Notes: generated by a model not told the origin, from the letters alone. Counted from the stretch's first letter, positions 17,126 through 26,772 are shown. The stretch is DNA of 32,269 nt from Candidatus Komeilibacteria bacterium CG_4_10_14_0_8_um_filter_37_78 (GCA_002785295.1 PFMC01000070.1:1-32269), one strand, 5' to 3'. Translations and numbers: made by a program.

Positions 17126-18370
17126 ATGGCTCAATCAGAGATAATAACCGGTATCGACATTGGTACCAGTAAGGTCAAGATCGTTAGTCTGCAAAGATTA
17201 GCTGATGGTGGCGTACAAATCATTGGTGCAGCAGATAATGAGATGGAAGGTGTCACAAAAGGCTCTATCAAAAGCATTGAAGAGTCTGTTTCGAGTATTT
17301 CAGAGTGTTTGGAGAAGGCTGAGCGAATGGTCGGTTTCCCGATTGAGAATGCTGTCATTGGTATTTCAGGTTCACACATTATGACTCAAGAGAGTAAGGG
17401 TGTGATTGCTGTGGCCAAAGCCAATGGTGAGATCCAGGAAGATGATGTTGACCGGGTGATTGAAGCTGCACAAGCAGTGGCCACTCCACCAAACTATGAG
17501 ATTCTCCATATCATCCCAAGAGATTTTACAGTCGACAGTCAAGAGGGTATCAAAGATCCTATTGGTATGACCGGTATCAGACTTGAAGTGAATGCCCAGA
17601 TCATTCTTGGTTTGACAGCACAGATTAGAAATCTAACTAAGTGTATTTATCGTACTGGAGTAGATATTGTTGATTTGGTGTTTTCGATTTTAGCTAATGC
17701 TGAAAGTACCTTGACGAAGAAGCAAAAAGAGCTGGGAGTTTGTCTGATCAATATTGGTGCTGCTACGACATCAATGATTGTTTATGAAGAAGGTAATATT
17801 TTACACACCACAGTCTTACCGATTGGTTCCAATCATGTCACCAATGACATCGCGATTGGTTTACGGATTGCTATTCCGACAGCAGAGATTATCAAACTAG
17901 AATACGGTCAAGCCATAGCTAAAGACATTTCAAAGAGAGATGAGATTGATTTATCAGCCATAGCAGACACAGAAAAAGAGGGTAGTATGGTTTCACTAAA
18001 ATATATTTCAGAGATTATCCAAGCGCGTTTAGAGGAATTGCTAGAGATAGTAAATAGTGAATTAAAAAGTATTAATAGAGATGGTCTTCTGCCTTCTGGT
18101 ATTGTGATCACTGGTGGTGGTGCAAAGCTACCAGATTTGATCGAGTTGGCAAAGAAGAAATTAAATCTCCCTGTCTTTATGGGTTATCCATTGGAGGTCA
18201 ATACTACTATTGATAAAGTTAATGATCCAGAGTACACTCAAGCCTTGGGATTGGCTCTGTGGGGTATGCGCCATACAGGTGGTAAGAGCAGCTTCACTTC
18301 CGGAAATTTTTCTTCAGTAGAAAAGGCCGTTGATCGGATGAAGGGTTGGTTTCAATCACTTTTACCTTAA
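17126..18370 (+). CDS. ftsA: Cell division protein FtsA
   Basis: GIDIGTSKV, IKDPIGMTGIRLEV, GSNHVTNDIA, ITGGGAKL; directly upstream of ftsZ. Confidence 0.97.
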   Translation: MAQSEIITGIDIGTSKVKIVSLQRLADGGVQIIGAADNEMEGVTKGSIKSIEESVSSISECLEKAERMVGFPIENAVIGISGSHIMTQESKGVIAVAKANGEIQEDDVDRVIEAAQAVATPPNYEILHIIPRDFTVDSQEGIKDPIGMTGIRLEVNAQIILGLTAQIRNLTKCIYRTGVDIVDLVFSILANAESTLTKKQKELGVCLINIGAATTSMIVYEEGNILHTTVLPIGSNHVTNDIAIGLRIAIPTAEIIKLEYGQAIAKDISKRDEIDLSAIADTEKEGSMVSLKYISEIIQARLEELLEIVNSELKSINRDGLLPSGIVITGGGAKLPDLIELAKKKLNLPVFMGYPLEVNTTIDKVNDPEYTQALGLALWGMRHTGGKSSFTSGNFSSVEKAVDRMKGWFQSLLP

Positions 18371-18449
18371 GTTAAAATCAAAAATTAAAAATTGAAATAC
18401 TAACAATCAAATTTTGACTTTCAATTATAAATTTTAAACTAATATTATT

Positions 18450-19625
18450 ATGCCGAAGATAAAAAGTATATCCAGAGAAATAAAACCAGACGTTGAGACT
18501 TTTGCCAAAATAAAAGTTGTTGGTGTTGGTGGTTCTGGCGGATCAGCTATCAATCGAATGATCAAGGCTGGTATCCGTGGTGTTGATTTTGTTAGTATCA
18601 ATACTGATGCGCAAGCACTGAGTGCCAATGAGGCCAATAAAAAGATTCATATTGGTAAGGAAACGACACGTGGTTTGGGTGCTGGCATGGATCCAGAAAT
18701 TGGTGCTCGTGCTGCTGAAGAAAATAAGGACGAGATAGTGGCCAATCTAGAAGGGACAGATATGGTCTTTATTACTTGTGGTTTGGGTGGTGGTACTGGT
18801 TCAGGTGCCGCACCAATCATTGCAGAGGCAGCCAAAGATTTAGGTGCTTTGACCGTCGCTGTGGTAACTAAACCTTTTGCTTTTGAAGGTGCGCAAAGAC
18901 GGAATATTGCCGAGCGTTCCCTTGATAATTTAATAGATAAGGTAGACACCATCATTACAATCCCTAATGATCGATTGTTGCAGGTGATTGATAAAAAGAC
19001 TTCTTTACTGGATGCTTTTGCGATCGTGGATGAAGTTCTTAAACAAGGAGTGCAAGGTATCTCTGAATTGATCACCATGCCTGGTTTGATCAATGTTGAT
19101 TTTGCTGATGTAAAATCAGTAATGAAGGATACCGGTTCTGCTTTGATGGGTATTGGTCGAGCTAGTGGTGACAATCGAGCTGTAGAAGCAGCCAAATTAG
19201 CCATTGATAGTCCATTATTAGAAATGTCGATTAAGGGTGCGAAGGGAGTACTATTTAGTATCACCGGTGATGCTAGCGTTTCGATGTATGAGATCAATGA
19301 AGCTGCTGAAGTGATCACTTCCTCGGTTGATCCTAATGCGCGTGTCATTTTTGGTGCAGTGATTGATGATCGGATGGAAGATGAGGTGAAGATCACTGTC
19401 ATCGCTACAGGCTTTAATGCTAAGCAACAACTAGATGAAGTATCTGCAGTCAAAAGCTATACACCAAATCCAATGTTGAATATTAAGCCGGAAGATAAAG
19501 AAGATGATAAATTAAAGAAGGGTGATCGAATGCCAGAAGTGTTTAGAAAGAGAAAAGAAATAGAGGTTAAAGAAGAAGATGATGAATTAGATATCCCTAC
19601 CTTCATCAGAAAGAAAATGAATTAA
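18450..19625 (+). CDS. ftsZ: Cell division protein FtsZ
   Basis: IKVVGVGGSG, GLGGGTGSG tubulin signature, INVDFADV, C-terminal LDIPTFIRK. Confidence 0.99.
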   Translation: MPKIKSISREIKPDVETFAKIKVVGVGGSGGSAINRMIKAGIRGVDFVSINTDAQALSANEANKKIHIGKETTRGLGAGMDPEIGARAAEENKDEIVANLEGTDMVFITCGLGGGTGSGAAPIIAEAAKDLGALTVAVVTKPFAFEGAQRRNIAERSLDNLIDKVDTIITIPNDRLLQVIDKKTSLLDAFAIVDEVLKQGVQGISELITMPGLINVDFADVKSVMKDTGSALMGIGRASGDNRAVEAAKLAIDSPLLEMSIKGAKGVLFSITGDASVSMYEINEAAEVITSSVDPNARVIFGAVIDDRMEDEVKITVIATGFNAKQQLDEVSAVKSYTPNPMLNIKPEDKEDDKLKKGDRMPEVFRKRKEIEVKEEDDELDIPTFIRKKMN

Positions 19626-20080
19626 TGCAGTGTCCACTTTGTTTGAAAAAAGATACAAAGGTTTTGGATTCAAGACTGATCGCCGATGGCTTTGCTGTGA
19701 GAAGGCGCCGAGAGTGCCAGGATTGTAGTTTTAGATTTTCGACATATGAGGAAATGGAGATACTAAATATTTCTGTTGTTAAAAGAGATGGTCGCAGTGA
19801 AAATTATAGTCGCGAGAAGATGGCACGGGGGATTGAGAAGGCTTTGGAAAAGAGATCGTATACTTCAGATGATTTTAAAAAATTATTAAATCGGATTGAG
19901 AGAGATATTCAGAAATTGCGTCGAGATGAGATCACAAGCAATAAGCTTGGTGAAATAGTGATTAAGCAGTTGAAGAAGTTTGATAAAGTTGCTTATATCC
20001 GTTTTGCTTCAGTCTATTATTCTTTTGAAGATGTAAAATCTTTCACTAGGGAAATAAAAAATTTAAAGATCAAAAAATAA
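19625..20080 (+). CDS. nrdR: Transcriptional repressor NrdR
   Basis: CPLC..DTKVLDSR..RRRRECQDC..RFSTYE zinc ribbon, ATP cone VVKRDG, VAYIRFASVY. Confidence 0.97.
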   Translation: MQCPLCLKKDTKVLDSRLIADGFAVRRRRECQDCSFRFSTYEEMEILNISVVKRDGRSENYSREKMARGIEKALEKRSYTSDDFKKLLNRIERDIQKLRRDEITSNKLGEIVIKQLKKFDKVAYIRFASVYYSFEDVKSFTREIKNLKIKK

Positions 20081-20081
20081 A

Positions 20082-20549
20082 ATGAGAGTTAATCATGGGT
20101 TTGTTATTAGAATAATATTACTAGTTTCTTTAGCTGTAGTGGTTTGGATAGCTGGGGTGATGGTTGGTCAAGAAAATACAGTGACTATTCTCAATCCAGA
20201 AACTTCTGTCACTGGCAGACAATCTTTTTCCAATCCTCAAGTCAGTATTATGTTGGATTTTGGTAATGGTCAGATTGATGTTTATGATCAACTATTTATT
20301 ATTAATGATAAAGATCTTTGGGCCGCTCTAAAAAATCTTGCAGTTAGAGAAGATTTGCAACTGGATTATAATAAAGATTGGGCGATCAATGGGCTTGATT
20401 GGTACCGTTTGCAAAACAAATTGACTGGTGAAAGTGGTGTCACCTGGCATGTCTGGGTCAATAATCAGTATCGGACTGAAGATTTGACAGATATTGTTTT
20501 AAAGAATGGTGATGTGGTCAATTTTAAATATTTATACTATCAGCCATGA
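20082..20549 (+). CDS. Membrane-anchored protein with DUF4430-like domain
   Basis: N-terminal TM helix; WHVWVNN....L..GDVVNFKY resembles the DUF4430 C-terminus. Confidence 0.55.
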   Translation: MRVNHGFVIRIILLVSLAVVVWIAGVMVGQENTVTILNPETSVTGRQSFSNPQVSIMLDFGNGQIDVYDQLFIINDKDLWAALKNLAVREDLQLDYNKDWAINGLDWYRLQNKLTGESGVTWHVWVNNQYRTEDLTDIVLKNGDVVNFKYLYYQP

Positions 20550-20869
20550 CAAACTACGCCGGTGCTTCTATGGAAGACCAAATAAAAAAATTACTGCAGG
20601 AAAATTTGGAATACTCAAAGGAAATTTACGAAATTAATCAGAAAGTTAAACGTTATATTTTTTGGGGTAGAATCATCAGTCTAGTACAACTACTATTAGT
20701 GATTGTACCAATAATTTTGGGTATTATTTATTTACCATCGCTTGCTAGTGACTTTATTCATAATTTTACAGGTCTCAATGCCGTCAAAGGAGAGGTGCCT
20801 AGTGTTGATGGTGGTTCTTTAAATATCTTATTAGATCAATACAAAGAACTGCTGAATTATAATAAGTGA
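20546..20869 (+). CDS. Small hypothetical membrane protein
   Basis: Coupled by ATGA overlap; coiled N-terminus (KKLLQENLEYSKEI) and one TM helix. Confidence 0.75.
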   Translation: MTNYAGASMEDQIKKLLQENLEYSKEIYEINQKVKRYIFWGRIISLVQLLLVIVPIILGIIYLPSLASDFIHNFTGLNAVKGEVPSVDGGSLNILLDQYKELLNYNK

Positions 20870-20883
20870 TCATTTTTGTGATA

Positions 20884-20908
20884 GAGAGCACCTTTTCGTG
20901 CTTTTTTT
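20884..20908 (+). terminator. Intrinsic terminator
   Basis: GAGAGCAC-CTTTTC-GTGCTTTT followed by further T residues. Confidence 0.65.
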
Positions 20909-20927
20909 GATACCCTAAGTAGAGGAT

Positions 20928-20957
20928 TTGCATTTTTAAAATAAATTGGATTATAAT
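20928..20957 (+). promoter_or_regulatory. Putative sigma70 promoter for htrA-prfB-vanZ
   Basis: TTGCAT (20928-33), 18 nt, TATAAT (20952-57). Confidence 0.5.
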
Positions 20958-20982
20958 AAATGAGCTTAATAATTAACTTTTT

Positions 20983-22245
20983 TTGCGTATGAATGACAAA
21001 AAATATTCAAAAAATTTATTAATTGTTACTATTATTATTAGTGTTGTAGTGGGTTCATTTGCTGGTGGTGTCACCGGTTTTCTAGCTGGTACTTTTTTTT
21101 CAGTGGACATTGGTAATATTTTAAGTAATTTTGGTTGGGATAATAATCAAAATAGTTCTTTGTTTGGAATTAGGGAGAGAAGTGGAGACAAACTTTCAGT
21201 CGAACAGATTGTAGTTAATGCGACACCGGCAGTAGTTTCTATTGTAGCTACTAAAGAAGTTACTCAATATAATCAGACTGGATCAATTTTTCCTTTTGAG
21301 GATTGGTTTAATTTCAACTCACCATTTGGTTGGCAATTGCCTCAATATCAGGTACCACAACAAGGGCCACAAACAGAGATTCAACAGATTGGTGCGGGTA
21401 CAGGATTTATCATCTCTAGTGATGGTTTGGTTTTGACTAATAAACATGTTGTTGATGATCAGGCAGCGACTTATACCGTGACTTTGAGTGATGACACTTC
21501 TTATGAAGCCGAAGTTTTGGGTAGAGACCCTTTCAATGATTTAGCGATTCTAAAAATAGCAGCAAGTGATTTGCCAATTTTATCATTGGGAGATTCAGAG
21601 AGTATCAATATTGGTGAGTCAGTGGTGGCGATCGGTTTTGCTTTGGGTGAATATAGCAATACAGTCACTACTGGTATTGTTTCTGGACTTAGCCGTGATG
21701 TGGTAGCTGGCAATGGCTTGTCTTCGGAAAAATTGGAAGGCGTAATTCAAACTGATACAGCGATCAATCCAGGAAATTCTGGTGGACCATTGATTAATAT
21801 GTATGGTGAAGTCATTGGCATCAATACAGCAGTTAATCGGGAGGGCCAGTTGATTGGTTTTGCCATCCCCATCAATGGGGCTAAGCAGATGGTCAATGGC
21901 GTGAAAGAATTTGGACGAATAGTCAGACCATATATGGGTGTCAGATATGTAATGATCAATGAAGCAATGGCTATTGAAAATAAGCTCGCTGTTGATTACG
22001 GAGCACTAGTGGCGCGCGGTCAAAACATGACAGAGTTAGCGGTTATTCCTGGTAGTCCGGCTGATAAAGCTGGGATTGTCGAGAATGATATTATTTTAGA
22101 AATAGAAGGAGTCAAGCTTGAGAATGATAATACTCTAGCGAAATTAATTGCTAATTATCAGCCAGGTGATAAAATAGAAGTAAAGCTATATCATCGTGGT
22201 GAATATCAGGATGTTAATGTAGTTTTAGAAGAATATCAAGAATAA
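20983..22245 (+). CDS. htrA: HtrA/DegP-family serine protease with one PDZ domain
   Basis: TM anchor; GTGFII, TNKHVV, DLAILK, TDTAINPGNSGGPL; PDZ GSPADKAGI. True start may be ATG 20989. Confidence 0.96.
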   Translation: MRMNDKKYSKNLLIVTIIISVVVGSFAGGVTGFLAGTFFSVDIGNILSNFGWDNNQNSSLFGIRERSGDKLSVEQIVVNATPAVVSIVATKEVTQYNQTGSIFPFEDWFNFNSPFGWQLPQYQVPQQGPQTEIQQIGAGTGFIISSDGLVLTNKHVVDDQAATYTVTLSDDTSYEAEVLGRDPFNDLAILKIAASDLPILSLGDSESINIGESVVAIGFALGEYSNTVTTGIVSGLSRDVVAGNGLSSEKLEGVIQTDTAINPGNSGGPLINMYGEVIGINTAVNREGQLIGFAIPINGAKQMVNGVKEFGRIVRPYMGVRYVMINEAMAIENKLAVDYGALVARGQNMTELAVIPGSPADKAGIVENDIILEIEGVKLENDNTLAKLIANYQPGDKIEVKLYHRGEYQDVNVVLEEYQE

Positions 22246-23343
22246 ATGAAAGAATTAAATGCCAATATCAATGACTTAGCGGGTAAGATTGAAAAGTTGC
22301 CCGCTTTGTTGCATTTACCAAAACAAGAAAAAAAATTAGCTGATTTAACTAGTAAAGCAAAGGCTGATGATTTTTGGCAAGATAGTCAACACGCTGCTAG
22401 TATTAACAAAGAAATATCAGATATTCAAGATGAGATCAGCAATTATCAAGTTTTGCGAGATGAAATTGAAGCTTTGCAGGGTTTGATGTTAGAAATCGCA
22501 GAAGAGGATATTGGTTTATTAAAGGAAATTGAGGTTAAATATCGTGAAATTGCTAATGCTTATCAGAGTTTAGAGTTTTTAACTCTTTTTTCCGGTCAAT
22601 ATGATCGCTATGATATTGTGATGACTATCAACTCAGGCGCTGGTGGTGATGAGGCACAGGACTGGGTAGCGATGTTGTTGCGGATGTACTTGCGTTTTGC
22701 CGAACAAAGAAATTGGACTGCTGAGATTATCAGTGCTAGTCGTGGTTCAGAAGCAGGTTATAAAAATGTAGTTTTGGAGATCAAAGGTAAATACGCTTAT
22801 GGTCAATTGCGCAGTGAATCTGGTGTTCATAGATTGGTTCGGCTTTCACCTTTTGATGCTGATCAAGCCAGACATACATCTTTTGCCATGGTTGATATTT
22901 TACCAATCATTGAGGAGGCTTTGGCTATTCAAGTTGATCCCAAAGATATCCGCATTGATACTTATCGAGCATCAGGTGCTGGTGGCCAAAAAGTGAATAA
23001 AACAGATTCAGCTGTACGTGTAGTCCATGAACCAACGGGTATTGTGGTTACTTGTCAGAATGAAAGATCACAAGCGCAAAACAAAGAAACAGCAATGAAA
23101 ATTTTAAAGAGTAAGTTACAAATCTTACAAGATTTGCAGGTAGAAGACGAAAAAAGAAAGTTGAAGGGAGAGATTACTGACGCAGCTTGGGGTAATCAGA
23201 TTCGTTCTTATGTCCTGCATCCTTATAAATTGGTGAAAGATCATCGAACTGATTTTCAAAGCACAGATCCGGACAAAGTCCTAGATGGTGATTTGGCTGA
23301 GTTTATTCAAGCTTATTTACTACAGCAGCAACATGAAGCATAA
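22246..23343 (+). CDS. prfB: Peptide chain release factor 2
   Basis: SPF tripeptide (RLSPFD), GAGGQ motif, WGNQIRSYV; one uninterrupted frame. Confidence 0.97.
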   Translation: MKELNANINDLAGKIEKLPALLHLPKQEKKLADLTSKAKADDFWQDSQHAASINKEISDIQDEISNYQVLRDEIEALQGLMLEIAEEDIGLLKEIEVKYREIANAYQSLEFLTLFSGQYDRYDIVMTINSGAGGDEAQDWVAMLLRMYLRFAEQRNWTAEIISASRGSEAGYKNVVLEIKGKYAYGQLRSESGVHRLVRLSPFDADQARHTSFAMVDILPIIEEALAIQVDPKDIRIDTYRASGAGGQKVNKTDSAVRVVHEPTGIVVTCQNERSQAQNKETAMKILKSKLQILQDLQVEDEKRKLKGEITDAAWGNQIRSYVLHPYKLVKDHRTDFQSTDPDKVLDGDLAEFIQAYLLQQQHEA

Positions 23344-23770
23344 ATTGATTCACTTTATCAAGTATGGAGCCTTCACAATTTTGTGGATGGCTTTTATTTT
23401 TTTTCTTTCGGCGCAGTCACGATTAGATATTGGTTTAGAAGATTTGTGGGATATAATATTTAAAAAAGCAGCTCATATTTTTGTCTATACTATTTTGGCA
23501 TTATTGATTACAAAACTTTTGTATGGTTATCGACACTGGTCTCAGCAAGGAGGAAGGGTTAATAGTTTGCTGATAATTATCTTAGCCTTTTTGGTTGGTT
23601 TTGTTTTTGCCTTGTCTGATGAGTATCACCAAGCTTTGGTGCCAGGCAGAGATGGCAATATGATGGATGTCTATATGGATTCTTTAGGATTATTCATGGG
23701 AGTAGTTTGGGGTTACCGTTTACATCTTGATAAATTAAGACACGGCTTAAAAGTTTTATTTTCTAAATAA
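23333..23770 (+). CDS. VanZ-family membrane protein
   Basis: WMAFIFFLS, KKAAHIFVY, SDEYHQALVPGRDG..DV..D motifs. Start moved to ATG 23333 to reduce the prfB overlap. Confidence 0.9.
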   Translation: MKHKLIHFIKYGAFTILWMAFIFFLSAQSRLDIGLEDLWDIIFKKAAHIFVYTILALLITKLLYGYRHWSQQGGRVNSLLIIILAFLVGFVFALSDEYHQALVPGRDGNMMDVYMDSLGLFMGVVWGYRLHLDKLRHGLKVLFSK

Positions 23771-23856
23771 TTCTTTGTTGTTTTTTAAGGGGTTTTTAGT
23801 CAAGTTCAAACAGTCGAAAGTCTCTATTTATTCGATAGAAACAAGAAGATTCTATT

Positions 23857-23890
23857 AGAGGCCGGGCCTCTATATAGAGGCCCGGCCTCT
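23857..23890. repeat. Perfect 34-bp palindrome made of two self-complementary units
   Basis: AGAGGCCGGGCCTCTAT/ATAGAGGCCCGGCCTCT; each arm is itself AGAGGC-nnn-GCCTCT. Confidence 0.95.
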
Positions 23891-23900
23891 GCCAGTGTTG

Positions 23901-23929
23901 TTGACAAATCAAACTAAAAAGAATAATTT
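23901..23929 (+). promoter_or_regulatory. Putative promoter for comEC
   Basis: TTGACA (23901-06), 17 nt, TAATTT (23924-29). Confidence 0.45.
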
Positions 23930-23961
23930 AATATCGAGGTCGCTTAAAACAGCGGCCTTTT

Positions 23962-25467
23962 ATGTTTACAAAAAATAACAGAATAATAATATATTCCCTG
24001 GCCTATATGATCGGCATTGTTTTGGGTAATCAATTAGATCTTGATTTGACTTTTTATTATTTGTTAATCTTTGTGCCACTCATTTTTTTATTTTGGCAAA
24101 CAAAAAAGATAAAATTTATTTTATTAGTACTGATAGCAATAGTGTTTGGCATAGTGCGTTTGCAATTTTCACATCCAGAAATTAATGAAGAACAAATTGC
24201 ATTTTATAATAATTCTGCTGGTTTAGAGTTTAAACAAATGTCAGAAATGCAGTGGCAAGGAATCGTAACTAAGGAACCAGATATTAGAAATGATCATATT
24301 AAGTTAACATTACAGACTAGTCAGGTCTTAGTGGATGATGTGTGGCAAGCGGTAAATGGTTTGGTATTAGTGAAAAGCAATTTATATCCCGAATATAATT
24401 ATGGTGACCAATTGGAAGTCAGGTGCAAGTTAGTTCAACCCGATAAAATCGATGACTTTGCCTATGATGATTATTTATCGCGCTATGATATTTATTCCCT
24501 TTGTTATAGTCCCAAAATAGAATTAATAGCTACTGAGCAGGGAAACTACTTAAGTGCAAATATTTTGAAGTTTAAGGACAAAGTTCATTTATTATTCAAA
24601 CAAAATATTAATGAACCAGCGAGCAGTTTATTGTCAGCTATTTTGTTAGCGCGTAAAAGGGGATTGTCAGACGAGCTATTAAACAACTTTAGTCGGGCTG
24701 GTGTTTCCCATATGATTGCAATTTCAGGCATGCATATCAGTATTATTTCCTTATTAATCGCTCGTTTATTAGCTGTTTTATATTTACCAAAGAAAGTGGC
24801 TTATCCGATTGCTTTATCATTGTTAGCAATTTTTATAATTTTGGTCGGGGCACCAGCTTCGGCAGTGAGAGCTGGTATTATGGGAGCGATTGTTTTGATT
24901 GCTGATTATTTTGGTCGTTTCAATCAAAGCTATCGCGCCCTGATCTTTGTTGCCACCGCTACACTGCTTATTAATCCAAAATTAATCATTTTTGATTTGG
25001 GTTGGCAGTTGTCATTTTTGGCAGTTCTTAGTTTGATTTTTTATTCACCGGTGATGGATAAACTTTTTAAGAGAATACCACAACTTGGTGGTCTGACAGC
25101 GATCTTAAAGACCACTTTGGCAGCTCAAGTCCTTACTTTGCCATGGATCGTCTATAAATTTGGGATCATCTCTGTGGCGGCGCCAGTGGCTAATATAATG
25201 TTATTACCCAGCTTACCAATTATTATTATTGTTAGTATCCTGGCGATTGTGATCAGCTTTATTTACGCGCCACTGGCGTCGCTATTTTTTTGGTTGGTCT
25301 GGTATATTTTAAATAAGTTAATTGAAGTTATCAATCTCATCAGTTCATCCTCCTTAGCAGTGATTGATAATATTACCATCTCTATTTGGTTTGTAATCTG
25401 TTTGTATCTGGCAATTTTTTGTATAACAAAAGCTGCCACGTTTAAGCGGCAGCTTCCCAAGATTTAG
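23962..25467 (+). CDS. comEC: ComEC/Rec2 DNA uptake channel (OB and Competence domains, no MBL domain)
   Basis: GVSHMIAISGMHI, ASAVRAGIM, INP...DLGWQLSFLA; many TM helices. Confidence 0.96.
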   Translation: MFTKNNRIIIYSLAYMIGIVLGNQLDLDLTFYYLLIFVPLIFLFWQTKKIKFILLVLIAIVFGIVRLQFSHPEINEEQIAFYNNSAGLEFKQMSEMQWQGIVTKEPDIRNDHIKLTLQTSQVLVDDVWQAVNGLVLVKSNLYPEYNYGDQLEVRCKLVQPDKIDDFAYDDYLSRYDIYSLCYSPKIELIATEQGNYLSANILKFKDKVHLLFKQNINEPASSLLSAILLARKRGLSDELLNNFSRAGVSHMIAISGMHISIISLLIARLLAVLYLPKKVAYPIALSLLAIFIILVGAPASAVRAGIMGAIVLIADYFGRFNQSYRALIFVATATLLINPKLIIFDLGWQLSFLAVLSLIFYSPVMDKLFKRIPQLGGLTAILKTTLAAQVLTLPWIVYKFGIISVAAPVANIMLLPSLPIIIIVSILAIVISFIYAPLASLFFWLVWYILNKLIEVINLISSSSLAVIDNITISIWFVICLYLAIFCITKAATFKRQLPKI

Positions 25468-25778
25468 TTCACTTGGATTAAATCGTGATCACGAAGATAT
25501 TGGATAACATTGAGATCAGTACCATTGGCTGGCGTGATAGTGCAATGCCAACCTTTGTCTGTCGTCAGGACATGGACTTTGATGTATTTGCCATGCAAGC
25601 CACAGTTAACGATTCGAGCAAAATGTAACATCGCGTTGTGGCTTGGTGTTTCGCCAAGAGGGTCAAGATTGATATCAGGGACTCGCTGGTCGTGTGAAAG
25701 TTGGATAAAGCCAGAAGCGATGATAGTCGGATTAATGCGACAGTTTATTTCGTGATCGATAGTAGTGATTGAGCTCAC
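25464..25778 (-). CDS. Orphan hypothetical protein (104 aa)
   Basis: GTG start with AAGGAGG 4-5 nt upstream on the minus strand; fills the gap between the comEC halves; stop overlaps the comEC stop. Confidence 0.7.
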   Translation of the reverse strand: MSSITTIDHEINCRINPTIIASGFIQLSHDQRVPDINLDPLGETPSHNAMLHFARIVNCGLHGKYIKVHVLTTDKGWHCTITPANGTDLNVIQYLRDHDLIQVN

Positions 25779-25852
25779 TAGTCCTCCTTATTCGGTTAGT
25801 TGTTGAATGTACAAATAATATTCATTTCCTAATTTACCAGTAAGTCGTACAA

Positions 25853-26767
25853 ATGTCAATAGGTATAAAAAAAATGATTAAATATGCTAGTTTATTCGCG
25901 ATGATTATCATTAGCTTGCTTTTTTATTATCAGTTAGAACAGAACGATCAAGTAGCGAAAGTTGTCTTTTTTGATGTTGGGCAAGGAGATGCAATCTTGA
26001 TTACCACGCCAGCTAAAAAGACTATTTTGATTGATGGCGGTCCAGATAATGCTTGGTTGCCACAGCTCGGCGAACAATTACCATTTTATCAAAGAAAGAT
26101 TGATTTGATGATTTTGACCCATGCTCATGCTGATCATGTTGTTGGCTTAGTAGAAGTATTGAAAAGATATCGGGTTGATTTGATTCTTTATCCAGGTTCA
26201 ATTGATTATGATTCAACGCCATATTTAGAATGGTTAAAAGTGATTGAGGAAAATTCTTTAAATTTACAAACTACTAAACAAGGGGATTATTATGATTTTA
26301 ATGATCATAGCTTTTTATTAACTCTTTATCCTTTAATTGAATATAATGGTCAGAAAGTTGATGATGTGAATAATACTTCGGTCATTAATCAGTATTGTTT
26401 TCTTGAAATATGTTTTCTCTTGACTGGCGACGCTACTGCTGAGTCTGAAGTCGAGATGATTGCTAGCGGACAGGATATGCATTCAGAAGTATTAAAGGTG
26501 GGGCATCATGGTAGTCATTATTCAAGTACAGAAGAATTTTTAGCAGCTGTAGCTCCTCAGGAAGCTATTATCCAAGTTGGGCAGGATAATAGTTTCAATC
26601 ATCCTCACCCTCGGACACTGAAAAAACTGATTAGGATGAACATCAAAATTAGACGAACCGACCAAGATGGGATGATCATTTTCTATACGGATGGGCAAAA
26701 TTATTGGCTTGAGCCCACCTTGTCAGACAGTCCTTTATCGGCTATAATGGACTTAATTAAGAAATAA
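25853..26767 (+). CDS. ComEC-type metallo-beta-lactamase-fold nuclease domain protein
   Basis: DVGQGDA, LIDGG, THAHADHVVG, LLTGDA, KVGHHGS, HPHP, RTDQDG; N-terminal TM helix. Confidence 0.95.
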   Translation: MSIGIKKMIKYASLFAMIIISLLFYYQLEQNDQVAKVVFFDVGQGDAILITTPAKKTILIDGGPDNAWLPQLGEQLPFYQRKIDLMILTHAHADHVVGLVEVLKRYRVDLILYPGSIDYDSTPYLEWLKVIEENSLNLQTTKQGDYYDFNDHSFLLTLYPLIEYNGQKVDDVNNTSVINQYCFLEICFLLTGDATAESEVEMIASGQDMHSEVLKVGHHGSHYSSTEEFLAAVAPQEAIIQVGQDNSFNHPHPRTLKKLIRMNIKIRRTDQDGMIIFYTDGQNYWLEPTLSDSPLSAIMDLIKK

Positions 26768-26772
26768 TAACC

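Noticed and set aside
18371-18440. AT-rich quasi-heptamer inverted repeats between ftsA and ftsZ
   Set aside because: Too degenerate to distinguish from AT-rich background by eye.
18647-19453. 268-aa minus-strand ORF
   Set aside because: Antisense shadow of ftsZ.
25510-25755. 81-aa plus-strand ORF between the comEC halves
   Set aside because: TTG start without SD; overlaps the better supported minus-strand gene.
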